IMG/VR virus record: IMGVR_UViG_3300025669_000046
Coordinates: 1-50,826 of that record
Origin: a virus
Length of the DNA: 50,826 nt
Reading direction: 5' to 3' (one strand)
The notes under the pieces were generated by a model. That model made no database searches, was not told the DNA's origin, and saw only the letters and a list, made by a program, of their open reading frames with translations. The translations under genes and the position numbers were made by a program. Each line of letters opens with the position of its first letter. Positions within the stretch are counted from its first letter, which is position 1. Below are positions 17,900-26,992 of this stretch, piece after piece.

Positions 17900-19708
17900 T
17901 TATTTCTTCTTTTTTATTTTAGTTTCTTCAACAAGTTCCCCAGTACAAAGGCAACGATTAGCCCAACCCATCCACTCAATTTTTTTATCTACCATATCTT
18001 TAATTTTATACATTTTACCATGCTTATTTATATGATATATTCTTGGATTTTCTGATTTATTATGTCTCCAAATTACATCTCTATATCCATCATTATATGA
18101 TTTTTTTAACCAATTATACATTTTCTTTGCATGCACGTTCGGTGTGGAGTCCTTGACGTCCTTGTTCTTTTCCTCTAGGACTTTTTCTTGAAACGCAGCA
18201 GCAGGAGATTCTTCTTTCACCTCTGATTGATCAGACTTAGTCTGTTGTTCTTCATTCTCTTCAATTTTATTCTTCTCAGAATTTTTAATATATGGATTAT
18301 CAAATTGCTTGTATTCATTCTCATCCATACCATACTTCTGTTGTAGCAATGCATTCCATTGAGCTTGGAATAGATCTCCATTCGTAATAATCTCGTATCC
18401 TAGTCCCTTAAGTAACTGATTCAGTGTAATTGCATTGTTGTTATACAACTGTATTATTGATTCTTGTGTGTCCTTAGAATCATCTAATGTAACCTCACCG
18501 AACTCGAAGGTTGCATCCTTTAGCTTAGGATCTTGCTTCATTACGTGCTTTAGAATATTTTTATTAAGTAACTTAATATATTTATTTCTCTTATTCTCTA
18601 GACTTAATTCGAAAGGTATCTTCGCATTCGTGCTCGATGCATATGTGACTGTATCACTCCACGGGGTCATGAATGCTGGAGTTAATCCTGAACTTACTTC
18701 CTTTCTATTATACTCTAATCCATTCGGCATCTCGTTGAACTGAGTTGGTGTGATCTCTGTGCTACCAATTTTCTTGTTTATAATTACATGCTCCTCATCC
18801 TCTGGGGAGTTTAAAATGTCAGTTATAGTCTTTAGCTCTGTTGGATCAGGTCGGTCATTCTCGTCACCGACACTGAATATCTTCTTTCCGAATGCCATGA
18901 ACCGACTCGCGATCGCGTAATTCTTAAGTATCTGTGTGATGATCTCACTCGAATTAATTGTGGAGGCTAGATAGCTTCGACCATAATAACCATATCTTGA
19001 TAATCCGATCTTCATATGTATCAAGTCATCCTCTTTCAAGCCGACACCATAAACAGTCTCCTGCCAAGCAATACCATTTTTGACATAACTAATTAAATAC
19101 TGCTTAAGAACCATGTCACCATACTTTCTAAAAATATATGGAACTTGATAAATCCAGAACTCGTTTTCTTTATTCGCGACCTGGGCGAGATTATAATACA
19201 CCCTAGAAGAATCTGGTGAGACCTTAAAGTCGTTCATGTACTTTATACCACCTGTAATTGTGTCCCATACTGGTTCGATCCAGCTATTCCCACAGACCTC
19301 GCATTGAGTTATTATATTTTGAACTGATTCTGTTACATGGTCCCTTTGCTCGAGCCATTTACCAAACCAATCATTTGTATACTTATCTTTACTCGTAATC
19401 TTAATCTCGTTTCCTGTGATGAACAACACAATCTGATTCACACCAGAGTTTATATTCGGGATGTCCTCATAATTCTCTAAATTCCTCTGAATCTCATAAT
19501 GAGGTGTTCTCAAGGAATTTTTAAATAAAGTAGTTCTAAATGTATATGCACCAAGATCTGAAACAGTAAAGTTCTTTTCCTTTAAATTCTTCTCGATCTC
19601 GTCCACTCTATATGCTTTAGAATAAGCCCTGTTACTAGACTCCTTACTAATAGGCTTAATATTCTCGGTTCTAATACTATTATCTCTAAATAATTCTTTA
19701 ATTCTCAT
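17900..19708 (-). CDS. Portal protein with C-terminal MuF/SPP1-gp7-like segment
   Basis: Position after TerL, 602 aa. QCEVCGNSWIEPV, DDLIHMKIG...YYGRSYLAS, KEVSSGLTPAFM and FEFGE are portal-like; the C-terminus has IWRH...PRIYH..KHGKMY...NRCLC. Confidence 0.8.
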   Translation of the reverse strand: MRIKELFRDNSIRTENIKPISKESSNRAYSKAYRVDEIEKNLKEKNFTVSDLGAYTFRTTLFKNSLRTPHYEIQRNLENYEDIPNINSGVNQIVLFITGNEIKITSKDKYTNDWFGKWLEQRDHVTESVQNIITQCEVCGNSWIEPVWDTITGGIKYMNDFKVSPDSSRVYYNLAQVANKENEFWIYQVPYIFRKYGDMVLKQYLISYVKNGIAWQETVYGVGLKEDDLIHMKIGLSRYGYYGRSYLASTINSSEIITQILKNYAIASRFMAFGKKIFSVGDENDRPDPTELKTITDILNSPEDEEHVIINKKIGSTEITPTQFNEMPNGLEYNRKEVSSGLTPAFMTPWSDTVTYASSTNAKIPFELSLENKRNKYIKLLNKNILKHVMKQDPKLKDATFEFGEVTLDDSKDTQESIIQLYNNNAITLNQLLKGLGYEIITNGDLFQAQWNALLQQKYGMDENEYKQFDNPYIKNSEKNKIEENEEQQTKSDQSEVKEESPAAAFQEKVLEEKNKDVKDSTPNVHAKKMYNWLKKSYNDGYRDVIWRHNKSENPRIYHINKHGKMYKIKDMVDKKIEWMGWANRCLCTGELVEETKIKKKK

Positions 19709-19718
19709 TACTAATCAC

Positions 19719-20054
19719 TCATTTTCTTACTTTATTTATTTTAATAAATGAATTTTCTATCTTCAAATATACTAAATACCCAAAAAAACCGATTACAAAA
19801 GCTTTAAACCAAGGCATATAGAACATAAGAATGAAAAATACGAAAACACCAGTCAAATTGAATACCTCTATGTTAGATATAACTTTAACTAATTTCCTAA
19901 TAAATAATATTAATTTACTTTTGAATGTCAAATTCCTAGTAAATATAGTCTTAACATTCTTCTCGACATTTTTAATTTTTTTCAGGATTTTATTATTCTG
20001 TTCTTTATTCTGTTCAGAATCCCTGAGCTTTCGAATATCATCAAGTTTACTCAT
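19719..20054 (-). CDS. Small membrane protein
   Basis: Hydrophobic stretch VFNLTGVFVFFILMFYMPWFKAFVIGFFGYLVYL. Confidence 0.6.
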   Translation of the reverse strand: MSKLDDIRKLRDSEQNKEQNNKILKKIKNVEKNVKTIFTRNLTFKSKLILFIRKLVKVISNIEVFNLTGVFVFFILMFYMPWFKAFVIGFFGYLVYLKIENSFIKINKVRK

Positions 20055-20226
20055 TCATTACCACACATTTAATTAGAATATCCCAAGAAGGGATAATTAC
20101 ATCAAAAACATATCAATGTTGATGTAACTATATTTTACGCAATTCATATATTATGTATTAATTACAAATATATTAAAGTTATTAATATTTATAAATATAT
20201 TTAATATTTTATCAAAATTTATGGTA

Positions 20227-20511
20227 TTATAGCTTAATTATATACATTTTATATGTTCCTTTTATTGTTTTATTAAATTCCATCCTGAATCCCTCATTAC
20301 TACACATCACATTTTTATTAAACCCATTCGTGCAGAGATTCTTTTTTATGTACCATAGCAACTTATCGACTAACATACTTGTCAGTCCGATTTTGTACTT
20401 AATCTGTTCTCGCGTGATGATGTCATTAGGCTTCATGCAATCAAGAACATCGTCCTTGAATTTATTATAGATCACATTTTCTATTTTCATAATATATACC
20501 CTCCAGTCCAT
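20227..20511 (-). CDS. Hypothetical protein
   Basis: 94 aa ORF with GGAGGGT RBS immediately after TerL. Confidence 0.55.
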   Translation of the reverse strand: MDWRVYIMKIENVIYNKFKDDVLDCMKPNDIITREQIKYKIGLTSMLVDKLLWYIKKNLCTNGFNKNVMCSNEGFRMEFNKTIKGTYKMYIIKL

Positions 20512-20551
20512 TATTATTATGATTAAATAAATATAAAATATAATATAGGAC

Positions 20552-23356
20552 TTAAAACAAATTGTTCATTTTCGCCTTTGATACGAGTTTATACATCTTC
20601 AACTTCTCTTCGATTGTAATCTCTTTATTCTTAATATCTACATCTTTCTTGCTTTCTTCAATCCTTGCCTCTCTAGATAACTGATTCCCGATCAATATAC
20701 CAGACCCTGACATCAGGCTGTTTAGATTCTTAGGCAATAATGCATGAGCATTAGATATTGTAGTGTCTCCATGCGCCATGTCATCAGTCAAATCCGATTC
20801 GACCTTCTCGAAGTTATAATCATACTGCCAACCACTGAAGTGCATTAACTGCACACTATCCCGAAGATAAGTCACTTTCTTATTCATTTGCTTTTCGAGT
20901 TGGTTTGTATGCAGATATTCCTTAATCCCGACTGATTGTTTTCTATTTATCTTAATTCTATTCCCACGAACCACACGCACATGATGAGGGAACAACTTCT
21001 TTAAGTAATTAGACAACTGCACTCCTAGTCCATTTCCATCAATGTTCATCATTTCCAGACCGAGTGGCATGAAATGCTCAGACAAGTCCTGACAGACATC
21101 CTGCATGTAAGTCAAGTCCACACCTATTTTGTAATATAACCCCTCTTGGTTATAATTTATGTCATCGTCATTGAACACAGAAATAGAAAACATATCATTC
21201 GAGTACGCGGGATCGATGCCAATGTGCCATTTGCCTTGCTTATTCGGCCATTGGGATTTATCTAGACTGAATCGATCCTCGCTATTCAAAAAGAAGTTCT
21301 TATTATTATTTAATAAATTATCACGAATGAATTGTATGTCATAAAGCTTGTCGGTCTCGTCCACAAGCATTGCCATGTACTCTTCCTTGAACCGATTCAG
21401 ATTCATTCTTCGTCTTTTTTCGAGCTCAACAAGAGTAAGCCAAGGCACTATAGGGACAAGATCTTGCTTTGTTAGATCTTCATTCAGATTCACCTTCTTC
21501 GGATCCAATGCTGGCCACTTTCGTATTATAAACCCAGAATCGAAGCCTGTGTTGTTAAGCATCTCTATATTCTCTAACCAAAGATTGAAGCTCGTGAACC
21601 TACCTTTCCTTGTAGTCCCATATGTAAGTTGCAATGCCTTTTTCCCGATGTTCTCTCCGGATATAGTAGCACCTCTGGATGCGTCCTGCATTGCGATGTC
21701 TATGTTCTGGAACTCAATCTCGAAGTTACAATTATGTGAGAGTAACTTCATGCCACTAACTAAATAATTATGATTATTTTCTACTTCAAAATTATATACT
21801 ACTCGCCTTTCATTCTTTATAACAATATCTTTAATTTTATATATTTTATAATTATTTTTATTTATTTTTATTTCTTTATAATCATTATAATCTTTTGACA
21901 ATTTATACTTCATTGAAGGAATAATATATGGTGATATAATTTTACTTAACTTTAATGCATTTTTTTTATTGAATTTTATAAATGCTTTATTGCATCTTTT
22001 ATCTTTTAATAAAACAACATCAATATCATATTTATTTTTAAACCAATTCTTAATCAATATATTTTCTGCATATGAAAATGAATGAGTTGCTAATGTTGCT
22101 CCCCATATAACCCTACAACCATCATCCATAAACCAATATGCTAATGATATGTCTGTTAATTTATTTAAATAATTACTAGAAATAGTCTTTTTATTCTTTA
22201 TATATAATTTATTATATACATCTTTATATTCATTACTAATTTTTGAATATGCCTTTATAACATTACCACCAAAGGATGTCTTTTTTACTTTTTCTTTTTT
22301 TAAATTGAATATATCCACAATATGATCTAAATATTTCATTTGCTTTATTGAATGGCATGTTGAAAATATTGCAGACTTATATTTATTATATAATGAAATA
22401 TTTCCATCACCTAATAAAACACCATACAATATTTCTAATTGTATCTTATTTAATTTATATGAATTCTTATTTGTAAATGATATTAAATTATCATTTACTT
22501 TAAATTCTGAAATTGGTTTTATTTTAAATGTATCATCATAAAATGGATGAGTATCAGTGCACTTTATTGAATAACCTTGATTATGCATTTTAACATAATA
22601 AACATTACCATTATATGTTCTTTTATTTTTATGTACTATTTCCTTAAATTCTACTTTATTATTATTTAAGTTATAACTTGCTAATTTATAATTATCTATA
22701 TTTTTATAAATACCCGAGCATACTACTACTCCTTTATTGGTTACTAATTTTACATTACCTAACAAACATTCGTCATTAAATCCATAATTAATTCTTAGTC
22801 CTCTGATGTTCTCCGAGGATCTCGAGCTCGATGGATACCCAGTGATTGTCACATCCCTATCCGGGATCGTGATCTCATGTGCAGTAAATCTCACGAGCTT
22901 ATTATTAAATGGCCAATAAATCACAGACCCATCGTCTTGTGTGTATGTTAATGGTGTCATTTTCTCGATTATTTCTTTCATCTCTTTACTAATAAGCTCC
23001 ATGACTTTTTTATCATTGATTCTAACTATTGGAGCGATCTGATCTTTAAATTCATAAGTATTAGTACAAAATCTAATTACACCATCTGTGGTTAGTGATG
23101 TATTTCTAGACTTAATTATTACTTCAGAAAGAGCATTATATTGCTTTATCACTAAATCATCTTTATGAAACTCGGCTTGATGATTAGTTAGTTTAATTGG
23201 TCCCCATGTACCATCTGGGTATTTTACTTTAAAAACAGACTCTATCATTTTCAGATAGACTTCTTCTTTTTTTGTTACTTCCGGTGCAGGATACCAGCTC
23301 GGATAAACCGATTGCCATATATGATAATCACTAGGACTATCATTCACGCTTGGCAT
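20552..23356 (-). CDS. terL: Terminase large subunit, intein-containing
   Basis: IKLTNHQ (Q motif), IIKSRNTSLTT (Walker A variant), RGLRINYGFNDE (Walker B), nuclease WHIGIDPAYSNDMFSISV, MNIDGNGLG, HGDTTIS. Confidence 0.9.
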   Translation of the reverse strand: MPSVNDSPSDYHIWQSVYPSWYPAPEVTKKEEVYLKMIESVFKVKYPDGTWGPIKLTNHQAEFHKDDLVIKQYNALSEVIIKSRNTSLTTDGVIRFCTNTYEFKDQIAPIVRINDKKVMELISKEMKEIIEKMTPLTYTQDDGSVIYWPFNNKLVRFTAHEITIPDRDVTITGYPSSSRSSENIRGLRINYGFNDECLLGNVKLVTNKGVVVCSGIYKNIDNYKLASYNLNNNKVEFKEIVHKNKRTYNGNVYYVKMHNQGYSIKCTDTHPFYDDTFKIKPISEFKVNDNLISFTNKNSYKLNKIQLEILYGVLLGDGNISLYNKYKSAIFSTCHSIKQMKYLDHIVDIFNLKKEKVKKTSFGGNVIKAYSKISNEYKDVYNKLYIKNKKTISSNYLNKLTDISLAYWFMDDGCRVIWGATLATHSFSYAENILIKNWFKNKYDIDVVLLKDKRCNKAFIKFNKKNALKLSKIISPYIIPSMKYKLSKDYNDYKEIKINKNNYKIYKIKDIVIKNERRVVYNFEVENNHNYLVSGMKLLSHNCNFEIEFQNIDIAMQDASRGATISGENIGKKALQLTYGTTRKGRFTSFNLWLENIEMLNNTGFDSGFIIRKWPALDPKKVNLNEDLTKQDLVPIVPWLTLVELEKRRRMNLNRFKEEYMAMLVDETDKLYDIQFIRDNLLNNNKNFFLNSEDRFSLDKSQWPNKQGKWHIGIDPAYSNDMFSISVFNDDDINYNQEGLYYKIGVDLTYMQDVCQDLSEHFMPLGLEMMNIDGNGLGVQLSNYLKKLFPHHVRVVRGNRIKINRKQSVGIKEYLHTNQLEKQMNKKVTYLRDSVQLMHFSGWQYDYNFEKVESDLTDDMAHGDTTISNAHALLPKNLNSLMSGSGILIGNQLSREARIEESKKDVDIKNKEITIEEKLKMYKLVSKAKMNNLF
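21731..22768 (-). mobile_element. Intein with LAGLIDADG homing endonuclease (346 aa)
   Basis: Begins CLLGNVKLVT after NDE and ends VYNFEVENNHNYLVSGMKLLSHN before Cys. Internal LYGVLLGDG and LAYWFMDDG; DNA is markedly more AT-rich than the exteins. Confidence 0.92.
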
Positions 23357-23481
23357 CTGTTTATCACTCCACTAAAATATAAATATTATATAAATATTAT
23401 ATAAATATATTTTATAGTAAATAGGTTTATAAAGGTATTTAATATTTTAAAAATTAGACATTCATGTTCTATTTATTCTCA

Positions 23482-23553
23482 AGCCCCTGAACGGACTCGA
23501 ACCGCTAACAATTTCCTTACAAGGGAAGCACTCTACCATTGAGCTACAAGGGC
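23482..23553 (-). tRNA. trnT: tRNA-Thr(UGU)
   Basis: GCCCTTG acceptor/CAGGGGC, D-arm GCTC-AATGGTA-GAGT, anticodon loop CTTGTAA, T-loop TTCGAGT, discriminator U, no encoded CCA. One C:A mismatch at the top of the anticodon stem. Confidence 0.9.
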
Positions 23554-23567
23554 AATAGTGGTATATA

Positions 23568-23894
23568 TTAAATTTGTTTGTTCTTCTTTTCTTCAAATTC
23601 TTTAATCAGTTCTTTTCTTTGTTCATCAGTTACCTTATTTCCTTGCATATGTATATACAATTCCATTGAGTTATCTGATTCAATATTAATCTTCTGTGGA
23701 ATATAAAACAAGATTTGTTTCATTACAATCTTATCCTTATATGTATACTCTTTAATCGTAATTGGCTTAGACTTATATGTTTTATCCCATTGATCTTCAA
23801 TCTGTTTAGGATCTGCAGTCCTACAATCAAGATAGGATACCATATAACCATCTTCTTTAATCTTATTTGCTATGTCTTGTATATTCTTATTCAT
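23568..23894 (-). CDS. Hypothetical protein
   Basis: 108 aa ORF with GGAGTGA RBS. Confidence 0.6.
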   Translation of the reverse strand: MNKNIQDIANKIKEDGYMVSYLDCRTADPKQIEDQWDKTYKSKPITIKEYTYKDKIVMKQILFYIPQKINIESDNSMELYIHMQGNKVTDEQRKELIKEFEEKKNKQI

Positions 23895-24059
23895 TCCTTA
23901 TCACTCCTATTTAATATTTATTATTATCATTCCAAGCTTTCAATTCTTTTTCTAACTTCTCAAGTCTATCCTTCTGCCAGAGGATGATCTCCTTTAGAAA
24001 GTCCTCGTTATAATTATCCAAATCCATTATATAAAAATGTGGCTTTTCATTCATATTAG

Positions 24060-24788
24060 TCATTCTTCATCAATCTCCAGAAGTTCTAAAACTTTATATA
24101 ATATTTTATATTTAGTTCTAGCTTCAAATGAAGAAATACCTTTTTTAACTTCATCTTTATCTATTTCTGCTGATGCATGTTCTATAGCAACTAAATCCAT
24201 TTCTAATCTTATCTTATTAACTAACTTATCCCTCTTCACATATCCTGCTTTCTTATACTCTGACTCTTCCATGTCATTATATGCTTCTGTTAATGCTTTT
24301 TTATCAATAATATCTGAATTTTTATCAGGTATAATATCACTAGGTTTGCATTCTATACCTATCATTAATATTTTATTTTGTATTTTTAATAACCTTCTAA
24401 GATTCAATTCAAGTGCTTCCTCGTCGTCCTTGTTGATGAATTGATGGTCTAAATATACTATTTTATCTTCATCAATATTATTATAATCACCTAATCTCTC
24501 CCAACTACAACCACCATCTGTAATTAATTCTATTCGCTCTAAATACTCACTAGCAATTTCAAACTTCTTCTCTTTATTCATAGACTCGTCTAGCACTTTA
24601 TCGGCTTCTTGAACATCAAGAATAGTTATGCCTCTATTCTTCGCACTTCTTGTGCCTATATCAGCCTTGTCCAATCCAACACTTGACTCTGATTCATTCA
24701 TCTTATCAATAAGAGTTATTTGTTCTCTAAACTCTTTTGTAGTTCCTATATGTAAATTACCCTTTTTATCTTTAATCATCTCACTCAT
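24060..24788 (-). CDS. Hypothetical acidic protein
   Basis: 242 aa ORF with AGGTG RBS; no motif recognised. Confidence 0.6.
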   Translation of the reverse strand: MSEMIKDKKGNLHIGTTKEFREQITLIDKMNESESSVGLDKADIGTRSAKNRGITILDVQEADKVLDESMNKEKKFEIASEYLERIELITDGGCSWERLGDYNNIDEDKIVYLDHQFINKDDEEALELNLRRLLKIQNKILMIGIECKPSDIIPDKNSDIIDKKALTEAYNDMEESEYKKAGYVKRDKLVNKIRLEMDLVAIEHASAEIDKDEVKKGISSFEARTKYKILYKVLELLEIDEE

Positions 24789-24802
24789 ATTTTACACCTT
24801 CT

Positions 24803-24955
24803 TTATATTTTTATATAGTATACTTTATAACAATCAAGGCATTCTATACAAATGTGTATTCTACCACCCTTGATATCTAATGCATCACCATATTTAATAT
24901 TGCTTGAATTACAAAAGTTGCACTTTAAACTTATAATACAATCATTATCTTCCAT
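24803..24955 (-). CDS. Zinc-ribbon micro-protein (50 aa)
   Basis: Not in track: MEDNDCIISLKCNFCNSSNIKYG...CIECLDCYKVYYIKI, with AGGTGA RBS. Confidence 0.6.
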   Translation of the reverse strand: MEDNDCIISLKCNFCNSSNIKYGDALDIKGGRIHICIECLDCYKVYYIKI

Positions 24956-24959
24956 AATC

Positions 24960-25121
24960 TCACCTTATATTTTTTACCATTGATATAAAAAACTTAGCAA
25001 TAGTATCTGCGTGTTTATCAATTAACTCCTTTCTATGAGGCATATAATTTTGTTCTAATAATTGTGCACATTCTATTGCTTTAGATAATTCCGAATACTC
25101 ATCTTCTTTTTTAATATCCAT
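24960..25121 (-). CDS. Hypothetical micro-protein (53 aa)
   Basis: Not in track: MDIKKEDEYSELSKAIECAQ..., with GAGGTG RBS. Confidence 0.5.
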   Translation of the reverse strand: MDIKKEDEYSELSKAIECAQLLEQNYMPHRKELIDKHADTIAKFFISMVKNIR

Positions 25122-25140
25122 AACACACCTCATTTCTTCC

Positions 25141-25257
25141 TTATATCAATACATTAATTGCAATAACTGCAGTAATAAATACTGCTATAAATAAAGTTAT
25201 ATATAATGATTTATACATTGCTAATTCATTTATTAATTCATCTGTAAATTTATCCAT
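25141..25257 (-). CDS. Membrane micro-protein (38 aa)
   Basis: Not in track: MDKFTDELINELAMYKSLYITLFIAVFITAVIAINVLI. Confidence 0.5.
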   Translation of the reverse strand: MDKFTDELINELAMYKSLYITLFIAVFITAVIAINVLI

Positions 25258-25262
25258 ACCAA

Positions 25263-25418
25263 TCACTTCTTTATTTGATACACATCTACCATGTTAGGTA
25301 TTACTATACAATCTTTAAAGCCCTTCTTTTTAAGTTCTTTTCTGACCTCACTACAAACACCAGCACCTGCATTGTCAATACCAATTATTGTAATCTTACT
25401 TTTCTTTTTCCAAAACAT
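25263..25418 (-). CDS. Hypothetical micro-protein (51 aa)
   Basis: Not in track: MFWKKKSKITIIGIDNAGAGVCSEVRK..., with GGAGTGA RBS. Confidence 0.5.
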   Translation of the reverse strand: MFWKKKSKITIIGIDNAGAGVCSEVRKELKKKGFKDCIVIPNMVDVYQIKK

Positions 25419-25423
25419 ATTAA

Positions 25424-25609
25424 TCACTCCTTTGTATAATATTTAAGTATAAACTTTTTCAACCCATATTTTAATAAAAAACAATTTTCTTTAAATTTAA
25501 TATCATATTCATTATTAACATCAGATTTAATACATTTATCTATACTATATATTGTATCATTAATCTTTGCAAGTATATCACAATATTCAATATCACTCAT
25601 ATCAATCAC
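25424..25609 (-). CDS. Hypothetical micro-protein
   Basis: ORF track; preceded by the hairpin+GGAGTGA element. Confidence 0.5.
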   Translation of the reverse strand: MIDMSDIEYCDILAKINDTIYSIDKCIKSDVNNEYDIKFKENCFLLKYGLKKFILKYYTKE

Positions 25610-25625
25610 TCCTTTGTTAGCTTAA

Positions 25626-25769
25626 CTATTTAACCAACTTATTCTTTTTAATAAACACATCTCTGCATTTGTTGCTACAAAAACTTCCTATCGGAGTATC
25701 TTTATTGCCATCAGAAACTATAATTTTGCCACAGCTATTACAAAATTCAATTCTGCATCTCTCACACAT
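25626..25769 (-). CDS. Cys-rich zinc-binding micro-protein (47 aa)
   Basis: Not in track: MCERCRIEFCNSCGKII...FCSNKCRDVF. Its stop codon lies in the hairpin loop. Confidence 0.55.
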   Translation of the reverse strand: MCERCRIEFCNSCGKIIVSDGNKDTPIGSFCSNKCRDVFIKKNKLVK

Positions 25770-25783
25770 AATTCCACTTAATC

Positions 25784-25966
25784 CTACTTTTTATTAGTGT
25801 TAATCTCTACCCAATCTTTACTACTTTTCCTTCCAAAGATTTTTATAACTGGGAGATTTTCATTTAACTTAAATTCATTATCACCAATTTTAATTAAAGG
25901 GGACATATAGCAAAGTTCATAATACTCCTTCCTAGTCATTGTTACTAATCCTAATAATTTTATCAT
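25784..25966 (-). CDS. Hypothetical micro-protein
   Basis: ORF track, 60 aa, in the micro-gene cluster. Confidence 0.5.
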   Translation of the reverse strand: MIKLLGLVTMTRKEYYELCYMSPLIKIGDNEFKLNENLPVIKIFGRKSSKDWVEINTNKK

Positions 25967-26141
25967 ATCAATCTACCTTTATAATTTTTGATTTACCACA
26001 TTTATTGCATACACAAAATGGTACACAAATAGGAGGACTTATACTATAAAACTTATTAGGATAATATATCTTCCACTTGTGATTACAAAATAACATTCTA
26101 ATTAATCTTAATCTACCAATATCAATCACTCTTTTGTCGAC

Positions 26142-26501
26142 TTAACTATTATACCGACTTATTCTTTTCTTTAAATAAATTAATATTATAGTTATTATAT
26201 CAGCATCCATATCTGAAGTATAAATTAATGTTTTATATTTGTTATAAATTTTAAAATAATTTGTACTATCATTACGCATCCTATTAGGTTCACTTCCATT
26301 TGCATTCCACCAACTACAATAATAAAACTTAGCATAGTAATTATGTTTTTTTAAATATTTTTGTAATTTATATAATGTATTAATTATTAAATCATTAGTA
26401 ACAGATATTTTATCATAATCTATATTTATATTATTTAAATTATGATTTAATTCTAATTTTATTTTATCTCCAATTATATCTTCTTTTAAACTATAATCCA
26501 T
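26142..26501 (-). CDS. Hypothetical protein
   Basis: ORF track, 119 aa, flanked on both sides by the hairpin element. Confidence 0.55.
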   Translation of the reverse strand: MDYSLKEDIIGDKIKLELNHNLNNINIDYDKISVTNDLIINTLYKLQKYLKKHNYYAKFYYCSWWNANGSEPNRMRNDSTNYFKIYNKYKTLIYTSDMDADIITIILIYLKKRISRYNS

Positions 26502-26709
26502 ACCATTCCCTCTTCATTTTGTTGGCTTAACTATTTAACCAACTTTTTATTTTTCAAACTCTTCTTCTCTTTTATATATCTCTTTTTTATAATAATTATA
26601 TCTATTATCTTGCTTTCTTTTTACCTTTTTAGGAACTTTACCTAATTTGAGCCATAATTCCACTTAATCCCTCTCCCTCTTCATTTGGTAGGCTTAAACA
26701 GTGTTAAGC

Positions 26710-26988
26710 CTACTTTTCATTCTTTTTAATTAATTCTTTTAATTCATTAAAATGTTTAGGACAAGCACAAATATAAATACACACACCTTTAAATCTTAAT
26801 CCTGTAAGTAATCCTTTTTGTTGTATGTCATAACAATAATCACAACCAACATATTTTCTTTCTTTTTCATTCTTTACTTCTTCCTTAGTAGGAAATGTCT
26901 TAGTAGGAAATGTATATCCATAATTTTCTGATACCCCTTTATCATAGTTACTAAATAAAGATCCATATCCACCATGACTATTTTCCAT
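26710..26988 (-). CDS. Zinc-binding hypothetical protein
   Basis: CDYC...CACPKH motif. Confidence 0.55.
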   Translation of the reverse strand: MENSHGGYGSLFSNYDKGVSENYGYTFPTKTFPTKEEVKNEKERKYVGCDYCYDIQQKGLLTGLRFKGVCIYICACPKHFNELKELIKKNEK

Positions 26989-26992
26989 ACCA

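Larger units (their letters stand above)
25616..26713 (-). repeat. Dispersed hairpin+RBS junction element, 4 copies
   Basis: Hairpins at 25616-25638, 26136-26158, 26521-26543 and 26688-26713. Regions 25599-25648 and 26119-26168 match at 43/50. Confidence 0.8.

Noticed and set aside
23482-23553. tRNA as a prophage attachment site
   Set aside because: No duplicated tRNA 3' end, no integrase and no host-like genes on either side; it is flanked by viral genes.
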